A stretch of 64,000 nucleotides of DNA, taken from NCBI GenBank assembly GCA_964016885.1, contig OZ024758.1:11470001-11534000 (forward strand). Reading direction: 5' to 3'. Shown here piece after piece: positions 27,491-41,155 of the stretch. The first letter of the stretch is position 1, and each line of letters opens with the position of its first letter. Made by a program: the position numbers and the translations under genes. The notes below the pieces were generated by a model. The model was not told the origin of the DNA. It worked only from the letters and a program-made list of their open reading frames with translations, and did no database searches. Source of the DNA: Eledone cirrhosa (Eukaryota).

Positions 27491-28460
27491 CATATCCAGC
27501 CAGAATTCTCTCACCTCTTTCTGTCCAAACTGGTCATATCCAGCCAGAATTATCTCACCTCTTTCTGTCCAAACTGGACATATCCGGTCAGTATTCTCTC
27601 ACCTCTTTCTGTCCAAACTGGTCATATCCAGCCAGAATTATCTCACCTCTTTCTGTTCAAACTGGACATATCCGGTCAGTATTCTCTCACCTCTTTCTGT
27701 CCAAACTGGACATATCCAGCCAGAATTCTCTCACCTCTTTCTGTCCAAACTGGTCATATCCAGCCAGAATTCTCTCACCTCTTTCTGTCCAAACTGGTCA
27801 TATCCAGCCAGAATTCTCTCACCTCTTTCTGTCCAAACTGGTCATATCCAGCCAGAATTCTCTCACCTCTTTCTGTCCAAACTGGTCATATCCGGCCAGA
27901 ATTCTCTCACCTCTTTCTGTCCAAACTGGCCATATCCAGCCAGAATTCTCTCACCTCTTTCTGTCCAAACTGGTCATATCCAGCCAGAATTCTCTCACCT
28001 CTTTCTGTCCAAACTGGACATATCCAGCCAGAATTCTCTCACCTCTTTCTGTCCAAACTGGCCATATCCAGCCAGAATTCTCTCACCTCTTTCTGTCCAA
28101 ACTGGACATATCCAGCCAGAATTCTCTCACCTCTTTCTGTCCAAACTGGACATATCCAGCCAGAATTCTCTCACCTCTTTCTGTCCAAACTGGACATATC
28201 CAGCCAGAATTCTCTCACCTCTTTCTGTCCAAACTGGACATATCCGGCCAGAATTCTCTCACCTCTTTCTGTCCAAACTGGACATATCCAGCCAGAATTC
28301 TCTCACCTCTTTCTGTCCAAACTGGCCATATCCGGCCAGAATTCTCTCACCTCTTCCTGTCCAAACTGGCCATATCCAGCCAGAATTATCTCACCTCTTT
28401 CTGTCCAAACTGGACATATCCAGCCAGAATTCTCTCACCTCTTTCTGTCCAAACCGGCCA
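27491..28460. repeat. 44-bp tandem repeat, about 22 copies, inside a piggyBac-type MITE
   Basis: catatccagccagaattctctcacctctttctgtccaaactggt. Confidence 0.92.
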
Positions 28461-28799
28461 TGACTGGCTACTCATACTTATGTTAAGATATTGTTCTGAA
28501 AATACATAATACTAAAATCTTGGGTTTGATAGAAAAAAGTACCAGCAATGTACTGGGTTGATTTAATTGATTTTCCTTTCCTCCAAAATTGTTGGCTTTG
28601 TGCCTAAAGTAGAAACCAGCAGCATTATTATTATTATTTCTATCATCATCATCATCATCATCATCATTATATTATTATTGATTGATTGATAAATCGATTT
28701 AGTGACTAATCAATAGTTATGATGTTCCATATTATTTGTCTCGATATACTAGATCCATCTTACCCTCTTCTTCGGAAACAATATATACATATATATATA

Positions 28800-28873
<74 letters not shown>

Positions 28874-28977
28874 CATATTATATTTATAATTCTACATACT
28901 TAAGATGTATGTGCAACCTTAGGTTTTGTGGTCCAGTTATGACCCCAATGTCTATATATATACTTATGTATATACAC

Positions 28978-29050
<73 letters not shown>

Positions 29051-29077
29051 ATATATATATATCTATATATATATGTA

Positions 29078-29148
<71 letters not shown>

Positions 29149-29247
29149 TTAAGCCAAAACCGCTTAGCACTGTGGTCGGGATTCTACATATCTCTATAAT
29201 TATATATATAGATATATATGTATACATATATATTTAATATAGAAATG

Positions 29248-29297
29248 GCTTCTACAGGACTAGAACTGTTTCATTTGAAGAAAATCATCAGGAAAGC
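29248..29297 (-). ncRNA. Type I hammerhead with full stem III, family E (left arm)
   Basis: gctttc-CTGATGA-ttttcttcaaat-GAAA-cag ttctagtc ctg-TA-gaagc. Confidence 0.65.
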
Positions 29298-29321
29298 TGA
29301 CCGTCATCACATTCACAGTAA

Positions 29322-29371
29322 GCTTTCCTGATGAATTCTTTCGAATGAAACAGTTCTTGTCCTGTAGAAGC
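29322..29371 (+). ncRNA. Type I hammerhead with full stem III, family E
   Basis: gctttc-CTGATGA-attc tttc gaat-GAAA-cag ttcttgtc ctg-TA-gaagc; GUA cleavage triplet. Confidence 0.78.
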
Positions 29372-30054
29372 CATCTGCTATGTATTGAGTACCTTACTTA
29401 CTGTGGTTACCCCTGATTGAACCTGGGATACAGACACACACATATATATATATGTGTGTAAGTGTGTATAATATATATGTATACATAAACATACATAGAT
29501 ATTTGTTGATATATATATATATATATATTTATAGCAACATATAGGAAGGACAATAAGGATGAACAGATAGACACTATGTTGAATGAGATAACTTGTCATT
29601 CAACTACCAACATTACTTTTAATATGAGATCAGATTAAACCAGATCAAACTGGACCAGATCAGATCAGAACAGACCAAACCAGATCAAAACAGACCAGAT
29701 CATACCATTAACAGATGGTTAATCATTCTTTTTCAGCCAGATATTTAACTAAAATATTCTAAAAAAAATATGTATGTATGTATGTATTATACATGTATGT
29801 ATGTATTATGTATATATGTATGTATGTTTGTATGTATGTATATATGTATGAGTATGTATGTATGTATGTTTGTATGTATGTATGTATGTATTATATATAT
29901 ATGTATGTATGTATGTATTATGTATATATGTATGTATGTATTATGTATATATGTATGTATGTATGTTTGTATGTATGTATATATGTATGAGTATGTATGT
30001 ATATATGTATGTATGTATTATGTATATATGTGTGTATGTTTGTATGTATGTATG

Positions 30055-30330
30055 TTATCTCTTTCTCTTAATTTCGAGTATATTTTTTTGACTGGCCACC
30101 TTCCTGGTGGCAAGGTTGTAAAAGAAAAGAAATTGTCATCCCTTGAATCGCAGGAATGTTTTGCAAATTTTGAAGGTGCCAGCTATCGCAGCCATTTGTA
30201 GACTATGAATTAAGGAGCTGTGCATTTTGTCCGCAAATCCAAGTTCAGTCATACTTTGGTCCAAGCGGGTTGGTATATAACCCGTAGCTCCAATAATGAT
30301 GGGTATGAAGCTAAAGGTGTATCTTGGATA
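30055..30330 (-). mobile_element. 3' end of an R4/Dong-like RLE retrotransposon in (CATA)n; shorter copy at 23221-23310
   Basis: YPRYTFSFIPIIIGATGYIPTRL...LQMAAIAGTFKICKTFLRFKG* plus short UTR running into (CATA)n. Confidence 0.72.
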
Positions 30331-31599
30331 CTGGATTTGTAAACTCCTCTACTGGATTTGTAAACTGTATGTATGTATATATGTATGTATTATGTATATA
30401 TGTATGTATGTATGTATGTATGTAGGAAAACTAGGAGTCTCTCGCGCCATAAAAAAAAACACTCAAAATAAACTGAGAACTCTAAAGCTTGGATATCTTT
30501 ACCAAACTATTATGACGCTATATGTATAAATATATATATATATATTACAGTTTATTTTGTTATTTTGTTTTTTTTTATGTCAACAGCTAGATCAAAAACA
30601 TTTTGGACCTAGCTGCTGAAACAGCAGGAGCTCAGCTGCGTGGGTCTCCAACTTTTCATATATATATATATATATATTTACTAAAATAACAGATTAAAGT
30701 TTAAGCAAAGAATCTCTGCTTTCACCTGGGGCATTTCTGAATTTCAGAAGATCCCGTTAAGGGTGAAAGCAGCGATTATTTGCTAAACATTTAATCTGTT
30801 ATTTTAATAAATATTTGCTCTAGGGTTCTTATATATTTGATATATATTTATCCTTATCAAGGACCTCATTGGATTTTAGTCTCCACATTATTACTATTAC
30901 TATATATATATATTATATATGTCACCAGTGCTTTGAGAACGCAACACCAAATATCAGCCTGGGGCATATCGTCTGTTCCATTTCTTGTCTTTCTTTGTCT
31001 CTCTTTAATCTTTATAAAATGTAGAGTTTTGTATTGTTATTGTTCAATGATATCAACAATAGTTCTTTTCTTTCTCTTTTTATAAAAGCTTTACCTTGGT
31101 AGATAGATAGATAGATAGACAAAAAAAAAGAAAAGATTGATACTTTTTACGAAACCACTGATCTGAAGAATGTATGAAAATATCCTATAAGAATTGGTTA
31201 CAGGTTTACGCAAAATTAGAAGAAACATGTCTTCCTTGGAATAGGATTGAAAATTACCAAATATGAATTATATAGACAAGCTTATAAGCTACTTTACAGA
31301 AAACACTTTTCCAGTATTTCCTGAGACTTTGTGACATGCATTTGTAAGATGAATATATTTGCTAGCATCTATAATATTTTAAATCATTGCATTTCATTGA
31401 ATGGCATCAATACTCTGATTAAGAACAGACACCTAAGAATCACCAAGACATGTATTATATAAAATCATTTACACTTTGTGTTAGTTGAGATTTGTAGATA
31501 TGTTGACAAAGTATCATGAAATTATGCTCCATATTTTTCTAATATTTTCTGTTAATTAGTAAATACATTCACCTTTACTTCAGTCTTAAAAATATATAT

Positions 31600-31794
31600 C
31601 AGACCTGCCAACCTCTAAAAACCCAAACAGGGTGCACCATGCAAAAATTGCCCCAAAACGGGGAGAAATGAGGCAAACATGGGGAGATTTTACATAACGA
31701 AAGCTATAAGCATTTTCACAAGAGAAAACATCTCTCACCCACCTCAAAGTGGGTGAATCATCTCCCTGTTAGATGGGGAGAGTTGACAAGTCTG
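31600..31794. mobile_element. Putative hAT-type MITE
   Basis: imperfect terminal inverted repeats cagacctgccaac / gttgacaagtctg. Confidence 0.5.
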
Positions 31795-32669
31795 TATAAC
31801 TGTGAGACAAATTGAATCATAAATAATGATGAATCAATGAAGAAATGTCTACAGATAATGTTTATGTACAAGGTAAGATTTGAACCCTGTACAGAAAGTT
31901 CTCATGTGGTTTTACAGATATGACTGTATTTCAGACAATTGGGTGTTTCTTCATCTCTTTCTCTATGTTCTTTGTTTTCTTATTTTTAATGATGTAAGTA
32001 AAGTATTCTTGAATGTACCCATCAAATCTCTATCAAAACAAATTTTTTTGAATGGAAGTTAATATTCTAGTTTCATTTATCTAATAAAGAAATATTATAT
32101 AAACAACAATTAGTGGAAATTATACAGCCTTGGACTAAATACAATCGAGTAGAGTAGTTAATTATATTCTCTTGAGTGCTATTACTCTCCTTTCAAACAT
32201 AGAACAAAAGCAGTTCAAAAACAAACAAACAATTGATGCACTCAATCATTTGGAGAGAGGGTTGTAGCCCTGAAATATCATGCATTCTTTTATATTCTCA
32301 TTTCAAAATTACTTTTTTATCCTTCTTGGATTCAATAATACATGAACCAATAATATCCTTAAAACTGAGTCAACTTTAACCACTGAAAAATATACATTTA
32401 CTTGAGTCTGATATAGAAATAAATGCATTTAATAATATCTTTGATAGGGTGGTAAGTTGATAGAAATGGTATATTTAGTTCAATCACCTCCCCCGAAGAT
32501 TTCATTTTAAATGTCATAGAAATTGACTTTATCATTTTTATCCCTTTAAGGGATAGAATATATTGACAGTTATATGTTGAGATTTGATTCAATCAACTAT
32601 GTCACTACCATCACAAAACAATGGATATAATTACTTAAGGAAGAAATAAACTAATATTATTATATAAAC

Positions 32670-33058
32670 GGCAGTGGATTGGCAGTATCGGTAGAGGGTT
32701 GGACAACATGCTTTGTAGCATAGAATTACGGCCCTTTATGGTCTGAGCTCGATTCCCGCCGAGGTTAACTTTGCCTTTCATCCTTACGGGGTCGATAAAA
32801 TAAAGTACCAGTAATACACTGGGGTAATTGCTGGCTTTGTGACAAGAGTAGAAACAATTATTATATAAGTACCAGTAACACACTGGGGTAATTGCTGGCT
32901 TTGTGTCAAAAGTAGAAACAATTATTATATAAGTACTAGTAATACACTGGGTTAATTGCTGGCTTTGTGTCAAGAGTAGAAACAATTATTATATAAGTAC
33001 CAGTAATACACTGGGGTAATTGCTGGCTTTGTGTCAAAAGTATAAACAATTATTATAT
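32670..33058 (+). mobile_element. tRNA-derived SINE with 3' tail repeated four times
   Basis: aagtaccagtaatacactggggtaattgctggctttgtg...aaacaattattatat x4. Confidence 0.85.
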
Positions 33059-33458
33059 TATTGTAGAGTCAGTTATTTAGAGAAACAAGAAGTTTGACCA
33101 GCGAAATCTAATATACAATATACATTTTTGAAAAGTGGGTAAAGGTCCTTTACAAATCAGAGATTATAGAAAAAAAAGGTAAGAATGGAAGCAGCACGGA
33201 AGTATATTTAAAGAATCTTTTTTCTTCTTTAATCCAACAAAGTGATTATTGAAAACAAAACGAAAACATTTAAAAAAAAAAAAGGTTTTTATAAAATATA
33301 TATATAAAAAAATTATTACCGGTATCGATGTTATCCATTTTATCAAATATTAAAAGTTAAGAGTTAAAATCAAGATTTGAAGAAAATCTGTTCATATTTT
33401 GTGTTGGGATGATATATATATATCTTTAAGTCGTTTGGAAGCCTCGACAATGCAAATA

Positions 33459-33496
<38 letters not shown>

Positions 33497-33874
33497 AATA
33501 TCTTTAAGTCGTTTGCATTGTCGAGGCTTCCAAACGACTTAAAGATATTTACTTATTGTTCCACAATGCTTCAAGCAAACTTCAATACTCTCTTATATAT
33601 ATATATATGAAATGATGATGATGATATATGTATGTATGTATGTATAAATCCAATTTAGGTGAATAACCAAAGATTTTATAGCTCAAATCACTTTATTCAT
33701 TTCTACAGCCATTCCATTTTATCGAAATACAATTGTAAACATCAATGACAATTTGCAGATTAATTAATTAATTAAATCAACGAGCATGTCAATTACATTT
33801 CACAAATCTTGCTCTATACACACATATATATACTTCAAGAATAAACAAGAGAAACACAGTTATTAGGTTCACAT

Positions 33875-34037
33875 TTATATATATACACACATATATATAT
33901 ACATATATATATACATTTATATATACATATATATACATTTATATATACATATATATACATTTATATATACATATATATACATTTATATATACATTTATAT
34001 ATACATATATATACATATATATATACATATATATACA

Positions 34038-34093
<56 letters not shown>

Positions 34094-34570
34094 CATATAT
34101 ACATATATATATACATACATATATACATATATATATACATACATATATACATATATATATACATACATATATACATATATATATACATACATATATACAT
34201 ATATATATACATACATATATACATATATATATACATACATATATACATATATATATACATACATATATACATATATATATGCATACATATATACATATAT
34301 ACATATATATATACATACATATATACATATATATATACATACATATATACATATATATATACATACATACATATATATATACATACATACATATATATAT
34401 ACATATATACATATATATATACATATATACATATATATATACATACATACATATATATATACATACATACATATATATATACATACATACATATATACAT
34501 ATATATATCTATATATATATATACATACATATATACATATATATATCTATATATATACATACATATATAC

Positions 34571-34605
<35 letters not shown>

Positions 34606-34682
34606 CATATATACATATATATATCTATATATATACATACATATATACATATATATATCTATATATATACATACATATATAC

Positions 34683-34717
<35 letters not shown>

Positions 34718-34778
34718 CATATATACATATATATACATATATACATATACATATATACATATATATACATATATACAT

Positions 34779-34825
<47 letters not shown>

Positions 34826-34856
34826 TACATATATACATATATATACATATATACAT

Positions 34857-34903
<47 letters not shown>

Positions 34904-34956
34904 TACATATATATACATATATACATATATATACATATATACATATATATATATAC

Positions 34957-34987
<31 letters not shown>

Positions 34988-34988
34988 C

Positions 34989-35057
<69 letters not shown>
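33875..35057. repeat. About 1.2-kb (TA)n/(TACA)n compound microsatellite
   Basis: direct reading. Confidence 0.95.
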
Positions 35058-35099
35058 AAGACTATTAATAAATGGAAAATATCTTTATAACACCATATT

Positions 35100-35160
35100 T
35101 ATTTTATTATACGTATTTCAAGGGTACTAATATTTAAGTACGCTTTCGTCAGATAAAATA
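35100..35160 (-). ncRNA. Minimal type I hammerhead ribozyme, family A
   Basis: tattttat-CTGACGA-aagcgtact..agtaccctt-GAAA-tacgta-TA-ataaaata. Confidence 0.83.
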
Positions 35161-35222
35161 TAATACTTGGTGTTAAGATAGTGACATATCTTCATGTGAA
35201 CTTAATGGTATAAGCTCAATGA

Positions 35223-35260
<38 letters not shown>

Positions 35261-36029
35261 TTATGTGTATGTATAGTTTAGCATGTGTAATAAAATGTCG
35301 TTAAAGCAGGGTGAGAGATAATACAATAGTTAAGAAATTATAAAAAAAAAATATAAAATGTTTTTTGTAGAAAAACAAGATTGTCTGCGACATCTGACAA
35401 GAATAATATGACGGAATTTTTGTGATTTACATTAATAGCCCTCCTTATATATTTGGCAGCTCCTTGTATTGTGATATGTATGTAATAAATACAAAATTTA
35501 TAGAAAAAAAAATATAAATAAAAACAAAATAAATCTAATGAATAAAACAATTTCAAAATTTGTATTGATGTGGTTTTTTTAAAAAAAAAAAATCATGTCA
35601 GTTCCTTACTAATATATGATCCAATTTCAGTGACTTTTTTTCCCCTTCTATCCCGGCAGCTATTACAATTGTCTTTTTATCCACCTTGATATAAGGGTAA
35701 AACTATGTAACATGCCAGAATATAAGCTGTTTTTTCGTAGAAACAAACAAACTTTTGTTGAAATAAATGCCTCAAAAGACACAAATATGCTATTAGTTAT
35801 CTTTATTCAACTTTTTTCATATCATTCCTTTTGTCATTTCACTATTGGTGGTATTCTAGAACCTTTCTCAATATTCCCACTGTTCCCAGTAGGCATGTCT
35901 TCTGGAGTGGTTCAATCTCTGGTGCAAAGGTGGTATTCTAGAACCTTTCTCAATATTCCCAGTAGGCATGTCTTCTGGAGTGGTTCAATCTCTGGTGCAA
36001 AGCCTTTTCTATTATTATTCTAATTATTA

Positions 36030-36460
36030 TTGGATTAGCAGGATCGGTAGAGCGTCGGACACCATATTTTGTGGCATGGTTATGGCCCCTTACGTTCTGA
36101 GTTCAACTGCTGTCGAGGTTTGCTTTGCCTTTCATCCTTAAGGGGTCGATAAAATAAAGTACCAGTCACACACTGGCGTCGATTTCATTGACTTTCCCCT
36201 CTCCCAAAAGTTTTGGCCTTGTGCCCATATAAGGAACCATTATTATTATTATTATTATTATTATTAGGGCGGTGAATTGGTAGTATCGGTAGAGGGTTGG
36301 ATTATGCTTTCCAGCATAGTTACGTCCCTTTATGATCTGAGTTCAAATCCCGCCGAGGTGAACTTTGCCTTTCATCCTTACGGGGTCGATAAAATAAAGT
36401 ACCAGTAATGTACTGGGATAATTGCTGGCCTTGTGCCAAAAAGTAGAAACAATTATTATT
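36030..36460 (+). mobile_element. Two tandem tRNA-derived SINEs
   Basis: 36030-36245 and 36268-36460, each ending in (TTA)n. Confidence 0.85.
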
Positions 36461-36939
36461 ATTATTATTATTATTATTACTTTGATAACTCAGTCATTGA
36501 TGTTATTTAAAGAGAAAGTTTGCCTTAATGAGCCACTACCTGCGGCCTCAAATATTCAGGACGTATCGGAGGGTCTCTTAGGTGCCCCAGTCGGCATGCC
36601 TTTTGAAGTGTTCCTAATATTCTTTAACCAAGCTTGGAAACTCTTTGAGATAATATCTACTGCCTAGGAAGGGCATCCAGCCGTAGAAAACTCGCCATAC
36701 AGTCCTATACGAGCAAGACAACCAATCTTGCCTCAAGCGGGAAAATTCCCATCCAAACCCATGCAAGTGTGGAAGATGGACATTAAACGATGATGATGAT
36801 GATGATGCTCCTATTCTAATGAGGATGACCTTGATCTCATGACAGTCCCAAATATTTTCAGTTCTCACTTTAGATCATTGTACCAGTTAATTTTCTCCTT
36901 CTCCTTTTCTTGCACTCTTGTTGTTGTTGTTATTATTAT

Positions 36940-37500
36940 GAAAATCAGGGTGGAGAGGGAAATACTGCCTTCCAGCCAGTCTGTTGAAAGGTGGGCGAGA
37001 GAGGTAAGAATGGCCCATGTAAATGGGCCTGCCCTGTAGTATGGTGGGAGGAAAACAGAGAGAGGATGCTTGCCTTAGTGGTCAGGGTGACTGTGGCTGT
37101 TTTGTGGGCTTTCTCCACGATTGACCCTTGGAAGTCTCCCCCATCAGGAAATTTTTCCTTGTTTCATTTTTTTTTGTTACATCCTTTGTTTTTGTTTTTT
37201 TATATATATGTAATTTTGTTTTTGCTTTTTTTTTTTTACATGCAGAAGTGCCCATTTGTACCATCCTGTACCCTTCATGTGCTGCCCTTAATGTTAAACT
37301 TTATGTCAACCCCTGTGATTAATAAAGAAGGATTATTATTATTAGTAAAAGTCATTATTGTTATTATTATTTTGCTTATATTTTTATTGTTATTTTGTTA
37401 TTGTTATTTATATTCTTTACATGTTATATATGTAAACCCTTACTGTCCCTGTCTTTTGTATTGTCCCCTATGTGTTGGCCCTTGTGGCCAATAAATAAAA
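36940..37500 (+). mobile_element. L1/Tx1-like LINE 3' ends (related pieces at 1850-2040 +, 40440-40550 -, 49000-49378 -)
   Basis: KIRVEREILPSSQSVERWAREVRMAHVNG* ORF2-end-like peptide, UTR with AATAAA and microsatellite tail; clade assignment is tentative. Confidence 0.55.
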
Positions 37501-37803
37501 TATTATTATTATTATTATTGGTTTTGAAAAATTAATATTATGTTTTGAATTTTCCTTCTTCTTAATTATTAAATACTGTCATAGGTGCCTCTTGATTTCC
37601 ATGGTAAAACTCTACAACATGTATAAGTGAATCCATCCTGAAAATTAGAGAAGAAAATTCAACATAAGACAGAAGAGGTAGAACACAGTAAGAAGATACT
37701 TTTTAAATGTATGATTAACATGATGTAGATACCCCTCCCTCACATGTGGTAATATGATAAATGGCGAAGACAGCTGAATCACTCCCTTTTTTTATTGATT
37801 TAA

Positions 37804-38310
37804 CCCTTTAACATTTACATTACTCTATATATACTATTGTATCTTTGCAGTAAAGGCTTTACCTCACATAATATCTCACATAACATTTACATTACTCTAT
37901 ATATACTATTGTATCTTTGCAGTAAAGGCTTTACCTCACATAATATCTCACACAACATTTACATTACTCTATATATACTATTGTATCTTTGCAGTAAAGG
38001 CTTTACCTCACATAATATCTCACATAACATTTACATTACTCTATATATACTATTGTATTGTCACAGTAAAGGCTTTACCTCACATAATATCTCACATAAC
38101 ATTTACATTACTCTATATATACTATTGTATCTTTGCAGTAAAGGCTTTATCTTACACAATTATCTCACATGATATCAAATCTATGAGATCTTATATTATT
38201 TTTTTTGTGAACAATACCTTAACATCAGTATGAGTGGCCAGTTACAGCTGGTATGAACAGAAGAGGTGAGAGAATTCTGGCTGGATATAGCCGGTTTAAA
38301 TACTAAAGGG
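37804..38310. mobile_element. piggyBac-type MITE with internal 72-bp tandem repeat (related copies 3297-3410, 5424-6025, 27470-28530, 39175-39700)
   Basis: TTAA|ccctttaacattta ... taaatactaaaggg|TTAA: terminal inverted repeats plus TTAA target duplication. Confidence 0.8.
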
Positions 38311-41155
38311 TTAAAAAGGTATTTGCTAAATATTGAAATTTTTGTTTAGTTAATCATAAAGAAAAAGAAAGCAGTATTGGAAAGGACTATAAATGCCATA
38401 AATGAGAGGAAAATGAAGGGGAGAACAAGGACTACTAGACAAAGGAAGAAAGAAAGGAGGAGATGCTGACAGACTTTACACCTTGGTTGAAGTCGTGTTT
38501 CACGTGTGCCCTGAGGACAAGATGGCAAAGGCATTTTCAGACAATGGACAGCGACATTTCTGCATCAACCACACTACCTTATGGGGATCTTTCCTCAGAC
38601 GGGCTGCTATCAATAAAGAGGAGATCAGCTATCTGGGGTCTGAGGATGCCTAAGATCTTGACGGCGATTGGTGCAAAGAGGAAGCAGCTGGACATGCTCC
38701 AGTATTTGTTTATCTTCCTGTTAGATGTCAGCCAATGAAAATAGAGTATGTTATGTTGTGAGAAAAAGACAATTTTTATAGAGTCATCTCTTACTGGAAA
38801 AGAATGCCATTAGTCTATATAACCAACAGAGTCAACCTAGAAAAATTACTGATTTTCCACTCCTACCCCCTGCTAACACCCCTCCCTATTATTAGGGATC
38901 TGAGAGTAATATTCAATTTACCTTTATAAGAAAAGCCAGATTGCTCCAAAGTGTAAGGTTTGGGCATCGTTCCCGTCCAGTTGCCTTTTGGTGAAATGAA
39001 GTGAAGAGACACCCACCAACAATATAAACAATTATTATTGTAAATGCACTGTAAAAAGAAAAGAAATATATATAGTACCAAAAAAAAACAAAATTTAACC
39101 CTTTCATTTCTAATGAGTTACACTCTATTTCAATTAATTAATGAAGAATTTTGATGGATTTACTAAAATTATTATTTCATTACTCTATATATACTAGTGT
39201 ATTTTTTGTGGAAAAGGCTTCATCTCACGTAATTATCTCACATAATATCGAATCTATGAAATTTTGATATTATTTATTTTGAGAACAATACCTTAACATC
39301 AGTATGAGTGGCCAGTTATGGCCGGTTTGAACAGAAAGAGGTGAGAGAATTCTGGCCGGGTACAGCTGGTTTAACCCTTTAGCATTTACATTACTCCATA
39401 TATATACTATTGAATTTTTGCAATAAAAGATTTATCTCACATAATATCAAATCTATGAAATTTTGATATTATATATTTTGAGAATAATACCTTAAAATCA
39501 CTATGAGTGGCCAGTTATGGCTGGTTTGAACAGAAAGAGGTGAGAGAATTCTGGCAGGATATGGCCGGTTTAAATGCTAAATGATATGTGTTCTAGTTAG
39601 TTGTTTGATGAACAGAACAGACTGTTTGTAGATTAACATTTAAGTGGCCGAGCACTCCACAGACACATAGAACATCTAAACAGGTTTAAATGCTAAAGTG
39701 TTAAATAAATTTTTCTGATGGTTTACCTATTGATAAGAATATCTTATTCATCTTGCTGGATACTCTTTGGGTTTGTATATCATCATCATCATCTCTCGTT
39801 GACTACTGTCGAGATGATGGATCTCACTCTCATGCCCCAGAATCCCCCATCGCTGCCCCCAGGTCCTGTCTGCTGATTCCCGTATCCCTAGAGATAACGT
39901 CAGGGAATATGACAGCTTCCTACTCCTAGTCAGGCTGTATATAGTTTGTATATAGTTTGATCATCTCTAAATGCTATGATTCTAGATATAACATTCCTTT
40001 TAGTTTTGGATAGACTCATAATCTTTCTTTATATTACTTGCTTTAAATGTTATTCTTTCTCAACACCAGACTTCTGTATATGAACAAAAGTGAACTTTAA
40101 GCATTGCAAATAATTTAAATTAATCTGAATAGGGGGGGGGGGGGGGCTTGGTACTTACATGATAACAATGATACTTCCAGTGGAAATTCCTTCAATTTCT
40201 TTTTTCCGTATATTGCATGGTCCTGAATAAACAAAGCACTGTGGTGAAAATAAAAGAAAATTATTAAAATTACTTTAGAAAATTCACAACATTCTAACCT
40301 ATGCCAGCGACGAAAATGGACGTTAAATGATGATGATGATGATTCTTTTTAACTTTTTTATATGAAATATTTCAGATTCAGAAATTATAATTAAAATTGA
40401 AAAAAAAAAAAAAAAAAAACCACAAAAAAACCCACATAAAAATAATCCTTCTTTATTAATCACAGGGGTTGACATAAAGTTTAACATTAAGGGCAGCACA
40501 TGAAGGGTAGAGGATGGTACAAATGGGCACTTCTGCATGTAAAAAAAAAACCCCACAAAAAAACCCACATTTATTTTAATGATAAATTTGTCTGCCATTT
40601 TTACAGGTATGCTTAGTTCATCATTTTCTCACCTGACTTCAACAAGTGAGATTTATACTCTATGAATAAAGTGATAATGAGGGAGTTACATTTCTGCAGT
40701 TATACTTGTTGAAATAATTAAAATATAATTAAAACAATGTTGCTCTGATTGAGATGAAGCAAGAGTGTATTTGATTGAATACATATATTCTAGCAATGAG
40801 TTTTCTCATTTTTATATATATTCAATAAAAATGAGATAATGTTTTTTGTTTCTCTGACTGCATAGACACTTCTAGCTATTCTCTTAATGATTTAATTATC
40901 TAATAAAATGTTTACTGATTTAGGCACAAGGCCAATGAATAAACTAACAGTAGTAAGAAACTCTCAGGAGAACTGGATAGCAGAAGATCTTCACAGAAGA
41001 ATTCCCCACCCCTTCAAGTGAGTGTCTTGGCCCTTAACTTCTAATATAATATTACTTATTTTATCAAACAGAGAATAACAAAAGCCTGAATTTCGAAGAT
41101 AGCAAGAAGAGGTAGATTAGTTATTCAAATCTTACATTATTATATTCTTTTTATT

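Noticed and set aside
27459-28463. 334-aa ORF
   Set aside because: Translation of a 44-bp tandem array inside a MITE.
33939-35058. Many YI/HT/CV/LS-repeat ORFs here and across the window
   Set aside because: Microsatellite translation artefacts.
38350-38740. GC-richer stretch with short open frames, a possible exon
   Set aside because: No convincing splice pair or recognisable domain; more likely a decayed LINE fragment. BLASTx would settle it.
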